Source: an uncultured Muribaculaceae bacterium
GTDB taxonomy: Bacteria; Bacteroidota; Bacteroidia; Bacteroidales; Muribaculaceae
Assembly: GCA_947625935.1 (NCBI GenBank)
Contig: CANQQE010000007.1
Span: forward strand, 13,724-77,723
DNA length: 64,000 bases
Direction of reading: 5' to 3'
This document shows, piece by piece, positions 8,418 through 17,900 of the stretch. How positions within the stretch are numbered: position 1 is the stretch's first letter; each line of letters begins with the position of its first letter. A program made the translations under genes and the position numbers. The notes under the pieces were generated by a model. The model searched no databases. It had not been told where the DNA came from and saw only the letters and a list, made by a program, of their open reading frames with translations.

Positions 8418-10762
8418 GAGAATTCGTTCGGATTTTCAACTTCAGGCTTGCTGCTTTCGCTCATGATTTTCTGAAGCGAAGCCATCACGTTCTTATCCGA
8501 GAGTTCTTCGTAGATCGGATTGTCGAGCCGCATTGTCGCGGTGTTCCGCCGCAGCTGTTCCGTATCATCGAATTTCGTCCGGTACATATTGTTATCGCCT
8601 TTTAACTCGTCGGCCAGACTTTTTGCCGTCATAATATCATTTACGTTCGTGATATCATTTAATAGCGACAGCTGCCCCGTATCTGACAAATATTTCTGAG
8701 CTTTTTGATACTGCTCATACCGCCGATTTGCCATTTCTGAAAATTTATTTACGTTCTCCAAGGCAATCTTAAAATCATAAGTGAAATCATAAGACATATG
8801 GTGCAGATCATACGCCTTCACGTCGTCAAAATCATACTCATATCCCTCAGATATCTTATCATTGTTCTCATCATACAGCATACCGATGACCGCCAGCCGC
8901 TCCCTGAAATTCCGCAGGCCCTGCATGTATTCCCGGTCTTCCGCCTGCTGCATCTGATTATATAACGAGATATTCGTACTCAGATAACCCGCACCTGAGA
9001 TCCCGTAGATTTCGCGCCCGGCCTGCTCCGCATTTTCAGGCGTCATCCGCCTCAAAGACTTATCGTTCTTCATATCACGCCTGGCCGTACTGCGGTGCCG
9101 CAGATACATCAGATCGTCATATTCGTCCTGATATTCATCTTTTACGTGATAGAAATGCAGAAACGTCTGGTATTTACACATCAGCGCATGATTATACTCC
9201 TGCTCGGTCTTCAAGAAATCATAAACCGAACGGGATTCCGGCGCATATCTGGACTGGTCGCCGTCCTCATACTGATGAATATATTCATTCACCTTTTTAT
9301 AATTGTTCTTATGATATTCCAGCCGGCTGGAGTACGAGCGCAGCTTAAAACCGAACTCGATCATCTTATCTTCTTTTACATAGGCAGCCATTTCTTCATA
9401 AGGCATGCTCATCGCGTCCAACAGCGGCGTATGCAGTGTGACCGTATTATCGTCGATATTCTTGAGGATATCGTAAACGGCGTTCATACCTTTCGTCACG
9501 ACCTCTTCCCGATACTTCTGTTCCTCTACACGAACTGCTTCATCGGGATTGATCCTGGTCTTCACGCTCTCTTTTTTGCTCCCGCGCAGACGCGTAGTAT
9601 AAATCGTATAATTTTCAAAGTCGCCGCGGTCACGGCGGGTTACCAGATATTCATGTTTTGCACGCATAGCCTCGGTAAAACCGGAATCCGGGCGGTTTAA
9701 CAGATCTGTCACATAAGACCGGACGATCTCGTTCGCCTTTTTCATATTACCGTGGATCTTTTTCACGGTATTTCCCTTGCGGACTTCCATGATGTTTTCC
9801 GCCCCGCCGTCCGTATTGATGCTGGCTTTCCATAAGGACTTATCATCTTTCGGAAGACATGCAAGAAGATACTGGGAAATTCCGCGCCCTTCCATTACAT
9901 GATAGGTAAAACGCTTAATGAAGCTGATCATGTTCCGCCGTTCGCTTTCCATCTGGATAGACAACGGCTTAATAAGCTGCGACTGATCCAGAGAATTATC
10001 AATTCCACGGCGGATCGCCATTTTCATCTCATTCGAGAGCATGCCTTTCTGCTCTCCATTCTTCGTAAAATTCTTACCAGGGCCTTTATCTACCATTGCA
10101 AGATGGCAGTGGATATGCTTCGTATCCACCTGAATCACGCCGATCCAGTCAAGATCTGAATAATTAGGCCGGATATTTTTTAACCCGTGCTGGATCGCAA
10201 GCCTTAATTTGGCCTGGTCCGCCTTTCCGTGCAGATCACCGCGCTTTAAAATAACAACGTCTTTTGGAAGCACGCCTTTTTCTTTTAAATACTCTGTATC
10301 AAAAGAAATAACGGTCTTTAATACCGGCTTGCCTTTCTCATGCTCCGTCTGAATCATTGCTGCTTTTTCTTTCACCTGGTCATGAGATAACGAAAGATTG
10401 TCTGCACCGAAAGCAACGCCGGACAATCCCTGGATATCATCGAACTCAGAAACCAATTCTCCGATGCTCGTCTCGCCGTCAAGCGACAGCATCTCTGTCG
10501 CTGTATCTCTGGCCATATATCGCACCACATAGTCAGATAGATTTTTATCAGATGTATCAGACTCAGCATTACGCTTAAATTCTTCGTGCATCTTTTTCTC
10601 AATCTTTTTGATCCTGTTAGAACGAACAAGAGTAGGCGTCAGATTTTCCGACGCCTGATCCCTTGCCATATATTCCAACACATAGTTTCCGGGCGTCGCT
10701 CCGCGGCTGCCACCGATCGTAAATTCATTTCGGACCACGATGTTCTGACTCAATTTTGCCAT
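8414..10762 (-). CDS. Conjugative relaxase (MobA/VirD2-type HxDxxxHxH nuclease domain) with a long C-terminal extension
   Basis: Metal-site motif IQVDTKHIHCHLAMVDKG. N-terminal Tyr motifs NYVLEYMARD and DYVVRYMARD. GGGAGA SD. Lies within the T4SS cluster. Confidence 0.6.
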   Translation of the reverse strand: MAKLSQNIVVRNEFTIGGSRGATPGNYVLEYMARDQASENLTPTLVRSNRIKKIEKKMHEEFKRNAESDTSDKNLSDYVVRYMARDTATEMLSLDGETSIGELVSEFDDIQGLSGVAFGADNLSLSHDQVKEKAAMIQTEHEKGKPVLKTVISFDTEYLKEKGVLPKDVVILKRGDLHGKADQAKLRLAIQHGLKNIRPNYSDLDWIGVIQVDTKHIHCHLAMVDKGPGKNFTKNGEQKGMLSNEMKMAIRRGIDNSLDQSQLIKPLSIQMESERRNMISFIKRFTYHVMEGRGISQYLLACLPKDDKSLWKASINTDGGAENIMEVRKGNTVKKIHGNMKKANEIVRSYVTDLLNRPDSGFTEAMRAKHEYLVTRRDRGDFENYTIYTTRLRGSKKESVKTRINPDEAVRVEEQKYREEVVTKGMNAVYDILKNIDDNTVTLHTPLLDAMSMPYEEMAAYVKEDKMIEFGFKLRSYSSRLEYHKNNYKKVNEYIHQYEDGDQSRYAPESRSVYDFLKTEQEYNHALMCKYQTFLHFYHVKDEYQDEYDDLMYLRHRSTARRDMKNDKSLRRMTPENAEQAGREIYGISGAGYLSTNISLYNQMQQAEDREYMQGLRNFRERLAVIGMLYDENNDKISEGYEYDFDDVKAYDLHHMSYDFTYDFKIALENVNKFSEMANRRYEQYQKAQKYLSDTGQLSLLNDITNVNDIMTAKSLADELKGDNNMYRTKFDDTEQLRRNTATMRLDNPIYEELSDKNVMASLQKIMSESSKPEVENPNEFS

Positions 10763-10765
10763 GTT

Positions 10766-12169
10766 TTACTCATCTCCCAGGGAATTGATAAGATCATCCA
10801 GATCCTTTCCTGAGAATCCTTCAGAAAATACGTCATTCTTGTCTTTTGACACAGTACGTTCCACTTTTGCGGTGTTCGGCATCTTTTCAGCCATTTCCGG
10901 ACTCATGGCAGGCGCGGTCTGATTTGCAGCCTCAAGCTGTTTCGCTCTTGTCGCTGCCTGATTCTTACGCCGCTGCGCCAGCTTATCTTTCCGGGAGAGT
11001 TTTGTAACGATGTCTTTTGCCGTTTCTTCGGCATCGAAGACCTTGCCGTGCATTTCCTGGGACTTATCTTCGATGATATTGGACGCGTCTGCCGTCTTGG
11101 TATCCGTCACGGGCGATGTCATACGAGCATCATTCTTACCCGGCTTCTTTTTATCGACCAAAGGCTCAGCCGGAATCTTTCCAGGATCCACAGAAATGTT
11201 CTCCGCGCCTGCGTATACGACACGCTGGGCCATATCAGACATCTTTTCGCTGAGGCCTGCCCCGTCAACTTTATCCGGGTCGTTATCGGCGTTGAGCAAA
11301 GCATTGCGCTTTTCTGTATTCTCCTGATTCTTGATCATAGTCAGCGTATCGACGATGTTAGCTGCGGTCTTATTGCCGGTATTGGTGCCGAGCACGTCGC
11401 CCTTGGACATACTGTCACGCAGCCGTTCCGTCATGCGGTCCTGGGCAACTTTGACGAAATCCGCGCCCTCACTCTGCTTAGAGTGCCGTACCGGCTCTTG
11501 AAATTGCAGAGCCTGCATCTCGAACGCATCACGCTGCCGAATAAGAGACTTCTTATCGTCCATCTTGCTGATGTGGATGACCTTCGCATGCTCTTCCACA
11601 TCATGCCTCTGCAGATCATAAGGCAGAAAAGTTGCTACCATGGTCTTATATCCTGACTGCTTGGTATTCGTCTGGATCGCATATTGGTCATGGATCCTGA
11701 TATATGTAATCGGCGTATTAGCGATCGCACTATAATCGATACGACACGGGATCTCCAAAAGATTACCGATCACCTTGCCCTGCAGGGAATAGTCGTTATG
11801 GTAAAGGCCGTTCGTCGCAAGCGTGGCGATCTCGATATCATTCAGGTCATAATTGACTTGCGTTTCTACCGGATAGTCCGGACGGAAGTCCAGCTGGTCG
11901 CATCCGTTTGGAAATAACAACCCGGTCTTCGGCTCAAGATAAACACCCTCGGCATTGCCGTACATGATCAGATACGGCCGGTGGTTCTCATTCATGTCGA
12001 ATTGCACATATGCCCCACGCACCCGCATAAGCATCGTACAATCCACATCATAGATAGTCATGAGCTCGGATTTCTTGAACCGGTGGATCAGGTCGTTCAG
12101 TTTGGGATCCCGCCTGTCAAAAACAGCGCTGTGGATCCGTCCGTCGTTGAATTCTTGTGCTGCTGCCAT
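10766..12169 (-). CDS. Hypothetical protein, translationally coupled to the relaxase gene
   Basis: ORF track gives 10766..12178. The second ATG (12169) has better spacing from the AAGGAG SD. The stop is 4 nt from the relaxase start. The C-terminal half is K/E/A-rich and low complexity. Confidence 0.65.
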   Translation of the reverse strand: MAAAQEFNDGRIHSAVFDRRDPKLNDLIHRFKKSELMTIYDVDCTMLMRVRGAYVQFDMNENHRPYLIMYGNAEGVYLEPKTGLLFPNGCDQLDFRPDYPVETQVNYDLNDIEIATLATNGLYHNDYSLQGKVIGNLLEIPCRIDYSAIANTPITYIRIHDQYAIQTNTKQSGYKTMVATFLPYDLQRHDVEEHAKVIHISKMDDKKSLIRQRDAFEMQALQFQEPVRHSKQSEGADFVKVAQDRMTERLRDSMSKGDVLGTNTGNKTAANIVDTLTMIKNQENTEKRNALLNADNDPDKVDGAGLSEKMSDMAQRVVYAGAENISVDPGKIPAEPLVDKKKPGKNDARMTSPVTDTKTADASNIIEDKSQEMHGKVFDAEETAKDIVTKLSRKDKLAQRRKNQAATRAKQLEAANQTAPAMSPEMAEKMPNTAKVERTVSKDKNDVFSEGFSGKDLDDLINSLGDE

Positions 12170-12174
12170 AGATA

Positions 12175-12597
12175 TCATTCTCCTTTATTGCTTTTCTTAG
12201 TTTCTTTCTCGCTGATATGAACACTCGTGATCGCGTCACCGTCACGATGCCAGAGACGCTTTTTTAATGCCCGGATCACAGCGTTCTCTAACTTAAACGC
12301 AAAGAACAGGCAGAATCCGGCAGTCATCAGCATGCACATCTGGAATACCAGAGCACCCGCGATCGTACTGGTATCATAGGCACCGTAATAGCCGATCATA
12401 GCCGCCGAAATCACGTTAGCCAGATGGCAGGCCCCGATGAAGATCAACGCCATTACAGCCAGATATACCGTTGTCAGGATACCGTTATGAGCCATGATCT
12501 TGCCGTTGATGAGCGAATTTTTACTGATTTCCGACATAATGCTTTTTGCTGTCGGATTCTCTTTCTTTGCGATTTTTTCTGCAGTCATTGCTTTCAT
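12175..12597 (-). CDS. Small polytopic membrane protein (T4SS-associated, function unknown)
   Basis: 140 aa with an AAGGAG SD. Hydrophobic helices include ILTTVYLAVMALIFIGACHLANVISAAMIGYY and GALVFQMCMLMTAGFCLFFAF. Confidence 0.7.
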   Translation of the reverse strand: MKAMTAEKIAKKENPTAKSIMSEISKNSLINGKIMAHNGILTTVYLAVMALIFIGACHLANVISAAMIGYYGAYDTSTIAGALVFQMCMLMTAGFCLFFAFKLENAVIRALKKRLWHRDGDAITSVHISEKETKKSNKGE

Positions 12598-12612
12598 GAT
12601 TACACTCTCCTT

Positions 12613-13305
12613 TTATTGCGTGATATTTGCCGTTTTTACCGGCCATACGTTGAAATTGTCGATCACCACATCATTTGTATCCAGATGCGTGATCTTGTAA
12701 GTGAACAGCATGACATTCCGGCCGTAATCTTTATACGCCTTGGAACTGTCAAAAGTTACGATGCCCATGTAAGAATATCCGTCTTCGGATAAACTCATCG
12801 GAATCGACGCGAATGAGCTGCTGCGAATCATCATTTCGTCATTTGCTTGATCCGGATTGTCGTAAGATTCTTTGTCAAAAGGCCCCATTACATTCGTAGT
12901 GAACAAGCAATAACCTAAAGAATCTACGTATTTCTGGCGAATTTCGTTATATTCGTCGCCGTTCTTAAAGCTGAACGCCGGAGACAAAAACTCCCAGAAA
13001 TACTGATCATCTGCCTGCCACAAGCCGATGTCGATCTTGTTGCCGACATATTCAACTTTGGTATTCGTATGTTCCGCCACTTGGTTCATCGTGTTTTGGT
13101 TAATGGCATCGTTGAGCTGGTTTGTCTGATTCCTGACGTCCGTGATCTGGCTGTTTACGGACACAAGGCCGTCTCGGAACACGCCCCGCACGCTGCTCGT
13201 GATGATCAGAACGATCAATAAGAGAACTGTGCCGACGCCTGTTACGATCAGGTTCTTTTTGTTTTCCTGTGCGAACTGCTTAAATAATTTGATACGCTGC
13301 TGCAT
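12613..13305 (-). CDS. Membrane-anchored extracytoplasmic protein (VirB8/TcpC-like topology only)
   Basis: ORF track start 13317 is a GTG sitting directly on the SD. ATG 13305 is better spaced from AAAGGGG. N-terminal TM LIVTGVGTVLLLIVLIITSS is followed by a soluble domain of about 190 aa. Confidence 0.6.
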   Translation of the reverse strand: MQQRIKLFKQFAQENKKNLIVTGVGTVLLLIVLIITSSVRGVFRDGLVSVNSQITDVRNQTNQLNDAINQNTMNQVAEHTNTKVEYVGNKIDIGLWQADDQYFWEFLSPAFSFKNGDEYNEIRQKYVDSLGYCLFTTNVMGPFDKESYDNPDQANDEMMIRSSSFASIPMSLSEDGYSYMGIVTFDSSKAYKDYGRNVMLFTYKITHLDTNDVVIDNFNVWPVKTANITQ

Positions 13306-13326
13306 AATTCTTTTCACCCCTTTATT

Positions 13327-14880
13327 TTATGGATTGCACTTTTCACACGGCGACCAGCCATTACTGATAACATCTTCTCTGGTGCCTGTAAATTTCGTCC
13401 AATTTGCTCCATCATGGTTTCCAATATAAGAACAGCTCTCATAGTGAAATTTTCCGGTATTACTATTTAACCAGTAAATCCATGTATCTCCAGAAGAATC
13501 AGATTGTGCCGTTGTGTTTGCCGTATTTGAGTTTTTAGGTGTTTCCGTCACTTTTTTTGCTTCAATTCCAGGTGTATGGCATTTCAAACAGCTGATGTAG
13601 CCTTTCTGCTGGATATACGAGTCTGACATCTGAGATGTAGGAATTACGGTATAAACTCTGGACGGATGATCCGAAATCTCTTTGCAGTCATGATAATGAA
13701 TGATATTGTACGACGTATCCAGCACATACAGCTCACCGTACTGCTCATATTCGCCCAGAGCATCACATATCGGGCAGGAATGATAACTGGAATTTAAACT
13801 CTTTAATGAAGATTCCGATATCTCTGTCTTGCTGCTGATATTTGCTACTGCCGGGCAGCCGCCGAGATGTATCGTATTAACCGTTTTGTCCAGATAATAC
13901 TTCCCATCGGCATAAGAATTTGTTCCGTTGTCATTAACGCTCATGTTATCGTCAGTATCGCCGGCATTAGCCTCAGATGATTTTTCAGATTCTTTTTCAG
14001 CATTATCACCATCCAGATCCATATCCAGCTTTACTTTCGTATCGGAATCTGCTTCGGATTCCGCATCGCTCTTCTTCTCAACATCTGTATCCTCAGCCTG
14101 TTCCGATTCGCTGTTATCGAACAAATCGCTGTTACTGAGTTCGTCTGCCAGATCATCTACCGTCTCAGCGTACACATTGCCGTTTTCGTCCGTATAATAC
14201 TGGTCAGATTCAATCGAACCGAACCGAATATACATATCACCGAATATCGTCGTATACTTGGACTTGATCTTGAACGAATCCGTCGCGCTCTCATAAACGC
14301 CTGTCACCAGCATCAAAAGATAAGACTCATCTTCTGTATAACAGCCCCAGGCCACATTGTAGCTTAAATTCGTCGTATCATATTCCGTGAGGAACTTCCA
14401 GACGATCGGTGATGTCTCAGGGTTTAACTTATCCCCATACCACATGGTCGTATCATTTGATAAGACCTGCAGCTCTGTTTTTAATTCCGACGTCAAATAT
14501 CCGTCGCCGCGCATTGCATATTCCGTCTGGATCTCTGCCACACGGTCGCCGGACTTCTTTGCTGAGTGCATCTGGATCTCCTGCGTCACCTGCCCCGGCT
14601 CCGTTGCCGGATTATCCGGATCGGCCAAAGCGCCTTCGGAATCCATAGCAGATTTCTTGCTGAGCACGTTCACATATTCCTGCTGCGCTGCTGCGTATTC
14701 TTCGTTTGCAGAAGCTATCTTTTTATTCGTGCTGACACAGGAAAAGACCGTATAGCCGACAATGCCGAGAATTAACATCCCGATCACGGCCCATGCGATC
14801 TTGAAGTTCCTGTTCCGTTCTTCCTGAACGGCAATCTGTTCTTTTTTTCTATCCTCAGAGATATCAAGTTTGAGTGCCAC
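13327..14880 (-). CDS. Membrane-anchored protein with an acidic linker and three Ada-like Cys3His (H-x3-C ... C-x2-C) modules
   Basis: GTG start with AGGAGG 8 nt upstream. TM helix FKIAWAVIGMLILGIVGYTVFSC. Three modules: IHLGGCPAV...SCPICDA, IHYHDCKEI...SCLKCHTP and FHYESCSYI...SPCEKCNP. Confidence 0.7.
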   Translation of the reverse strand: MALKLDISEDRKKEQIAVQEERNRNFKIAWAVIGMLILGIVGYTVFSCVSTNKKIASANEEYAAAQQEYVNVLSKKSAMDSEGALADPDNPATEPGQVTQEIQMHSAKKSGDRVAEIQTEYAMRGDGYLTSELKTELQVLSNDTTMWYGDKLNPETSPIVWKFLTEYDTTNLSYNVAWGCYTEDESYLLMLVTGVYESATDSFKIKSKYTTIFGDMYIRFGSIESDQYYTDENGNVYAETVDDLADELSNSDLFDNSESEQAEDTDVEKKSDAESEADSDTKVKLDMDLDGDNAEKESEKSSEANAGDTDDNMSVNDNGTNSYADGKYYLDKTVNTIHLGGCPAVANISSKTEISESSLKSLNSSYHSCPICDALGEYEQYGELYVLDTSYNIIHYHDCKEISDHPSRVYTVIPTSQMSDSYIQQKGYISCLKCHTPGIEAKKVTETPKNSNTANTTAQSDSSGDTWIYWLNSNTGKFHYESCSYIGNHDGANWTKFTGTREDVISNGWSPCEKCNP

Positions 14881-14925
14881 TTTTCAGACCTCCTATCAAA
14901 ATGTTTGCTTGTCTCGCTGAAAGAT

Positions 14926-14954
14926 ATTATAGCATATCTTTTTCTGCAAGACAA
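14926..14954 (-). promoter_or_regulatory. Promoter for the operon from 13327..14880 to the relaxase
   Basis: TTGTCT - 17 nt - TATAAT. Bracketed by the inverted repeat 14904-14914 / 14949-14959. Confidence 0.55.
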
Positions 14955-14991
14955 GCAAAACAATATAATTTTATTAAAATTATTAAAATAA

Positions 14992-17900
14992 TTATCTTGA
15001 ACTTTCCATCTGATCATTATAAGTGTCGATCAGGACTTTATACTTCCAGTCTGTCTGGTTCCAATCATCTCTCGTAGCAGTTTCCCGTGTCTTGCCTATA
15101 CTCTCTAATTCTTCGTCGATCGACTTCGGCGTGGACATGAACAGCATATACGAAAATTTCTTGCCTTCCTGCTCAAAAAATCCATAAAAATCCAGATATG
15201 CCACTTTCGGCCCGCGGGTGCCGCGCGATCCGTGGACTACCCAGTGTGCAAAGTCACCCACCGGATCTAAGATTTCGTTGCCGTACATATCATAATGCGA
15301 ATCCTCGTCACGCGCCACTCTCGGCGAATTGAGCCCGCCCAACCCGGCGTGCATCACATGGTCGCCGCCGGCAATCTTGCTGATAAGAGAATACGAACCC
15401 TGCGGATTGCCGAGCATATCAGGCTCTGAATGAATACCGTTGACATACTGCCAGTCTGCAGCCGTGCCAGTATATAACTCTTTGATCAGCTCTTTTGTAT
15501 GGACACCGAACAGATCTTCCACCGTTACATGTGTTGTACGCTGTGCATAATTGGCGATCGTATTCATCAGATAATGCTTGCCTTTTGTCTTATCCTGCAG
15601 ATAACTGTCCGTCATCGTACCTGTCCCGGCCGCATCGGATTTCAGATGCTCATACATCACAAGGCCGTCCGCGCCCACTGCAATAAACGCATACGCGTTG
15701 CCCGGATCATCCGCTGTTGCAGCAATATACGGCGCCGTCTTATCAGGTCTTGGATAGCCGTAAGATGGGGGCGGATCCCCTGCAGACCAGCTCTCGCCTG
15801 CCGAAGCCGTCCACTGGTTCGCCCAGTCGATATCCGTACGCTCACTGTCAAGGCTTTCAAACGTATATTTAATATTGTCCGGTTTTAACTGGACTACATA
15901 ATCCCTGTTCGGACGTCTGCGGCCGCTCATCTGAGACGGGCTGAAATCGCTGAACTCATCAAAATCTTTGTCGTTCATCTGAACATATACGACAATCTCA
16001 CCAGGCTCGATCCCCTCACCTGTTTCGTTATCATAGACTTCGCCCTCGATCACCTGGCCATCTTCTGTGGGATCTTCTTCCGGCGCATAATCTTCCGCCG
16101 GGAACCATTCTGTCTCAAATTTCTCGACCAACTCTTCCCAGGTCATCTCGTTGCCATTCTTATCCAAATAGCGCCATTGATAATAATCATCATCTTTATG
16201 GTCATATCCGGCATGTGCCCAGAACTCATCATAAGCCTTGATATCAAGAGACAGATCCACTTCGATGCCGCCGGTCTCAGGATTTAAACGGCCTGTTTTC
16301 TTCCATTGGAGTCTGAATGTCGTAGCAAGTACGGTATCCGGAATATTGGAAGTGTCAATTACTTCATAGTGGCCTTCTCTATCTTCGTGGCCAGGAATTT
16401 CAACCTCATAAGATAAATTTTTGTGTAATTCTTCTACCTGATCAAAATCTTCCCAGTTTGAATAAATGGACTCGTCGTAAACTTCTTTTGTGTCGATAAA
16501 AGGCTCGCGGCCTACATGGTCGGCATCCAGACCGAAATTGTCACCGTATTTATTTTTCCGACCTTCTTCATCCGTGATATCCGCACCGAGCATATCTGCC
16601 CGCTCCGTCTCGTCGTCATTCAAATGAGACTCATCGGCGTTGATGATCAGATAAACCTTTGGCATGTAAACGCCGTCAATATTCTCATAATGTTCATCGA
16701 GCCATGTCGGAACGCGGTCGTCTTCGTCTTCATAGACTTCTTCGGATTCCGGGTCCGGATTTTCTTCAGGATCATATGTGAACATCAAAGGATTGCTCTC
16801 ATATTCCGTATCTTCTTTTTCGATCGTAATCGGCACGAACAGATCGTTATATTCGTTAATTTGGTCCTGATAATCCTCATACCCCATAGAAGTAAATTCA
16901 ACTTCACGAAAATCCTCAGCCGTCACGCCCCAGGTCCGCCCCGCATCCTGATACACGTCTTCATCCAGGGCCTTTTGCTTTTTGGACCACATCTGCATCA
17001 AATCCTGGAACAAATCGTTCGAAATAACCGTATTGTACTGGAAAAACTCATGCGCATACGGCGCGGTCACATCATTGACCGGATCGTCGATCCAGTATTT
17101 TGCCCGCGGATTATCCTCGTCAAATAATGCTTCTTCTTCTTTTCCGAACAGTGAAAATTTATGGCTGATCAATTCACCGGAAGCGTCCACATGAGCCGGC
17201 ATATACTGATATCCGTTCACATAGGCATTTTGGTCGAGCCCCTCGGCATTATCGTAATAAGTACCGATGGCCGCATCTTCTTCATTCGGCAAACTGCAGT
17301 ACTGAGTAATCAACATCCATCTGTTATGCTGTTGCTGCTGATAGACCATATCCGTAAACGCTTCTACCTGGTCAGCCGACCAGCTGGGACAGGACTGCTC
17401 GATATCGTGCTTGATCTCTTCCCACGCTTTGAACGTGTTCAAACCGTTCTTTTCTTCCCCAGCCGTTAAGAACGATTCTTTCTGATCGTTGCCTTTCTTC
17501 GCGTATTTACGCTTGAATGAATTCCCAGCAGTCATAACTTCGTCAATTTTTGCCGTAAAATCGCCATAATCTAAGAAGAACGCGTTCTCACGGGTGCTGT
17601 TGGAAGTACCCTCGTAATCGTCCATATCCGTGTTATCCGGCTGATGATAGTCAAACGCTAATTCTTCTTTGATCCAGTTAAAGATCGGCACTTCCTGTCC
17701 CTCCGGCAGGTCTTCCGGTTCTGCAATATCTGAAGTCACGCTCTGCGACTCGTCTGCCGTTGCAGCATAATTGCGCTTCTGATCATAAATATAATCACCA
17801 TAATAGCTCTGTACGGCATTCGCCCCGGCATAGATCATGATATGTCTCGTCGTCAAGTTGCTCATATCTACGAACCGGGAAGGCAGATTGCCAAACCCGT

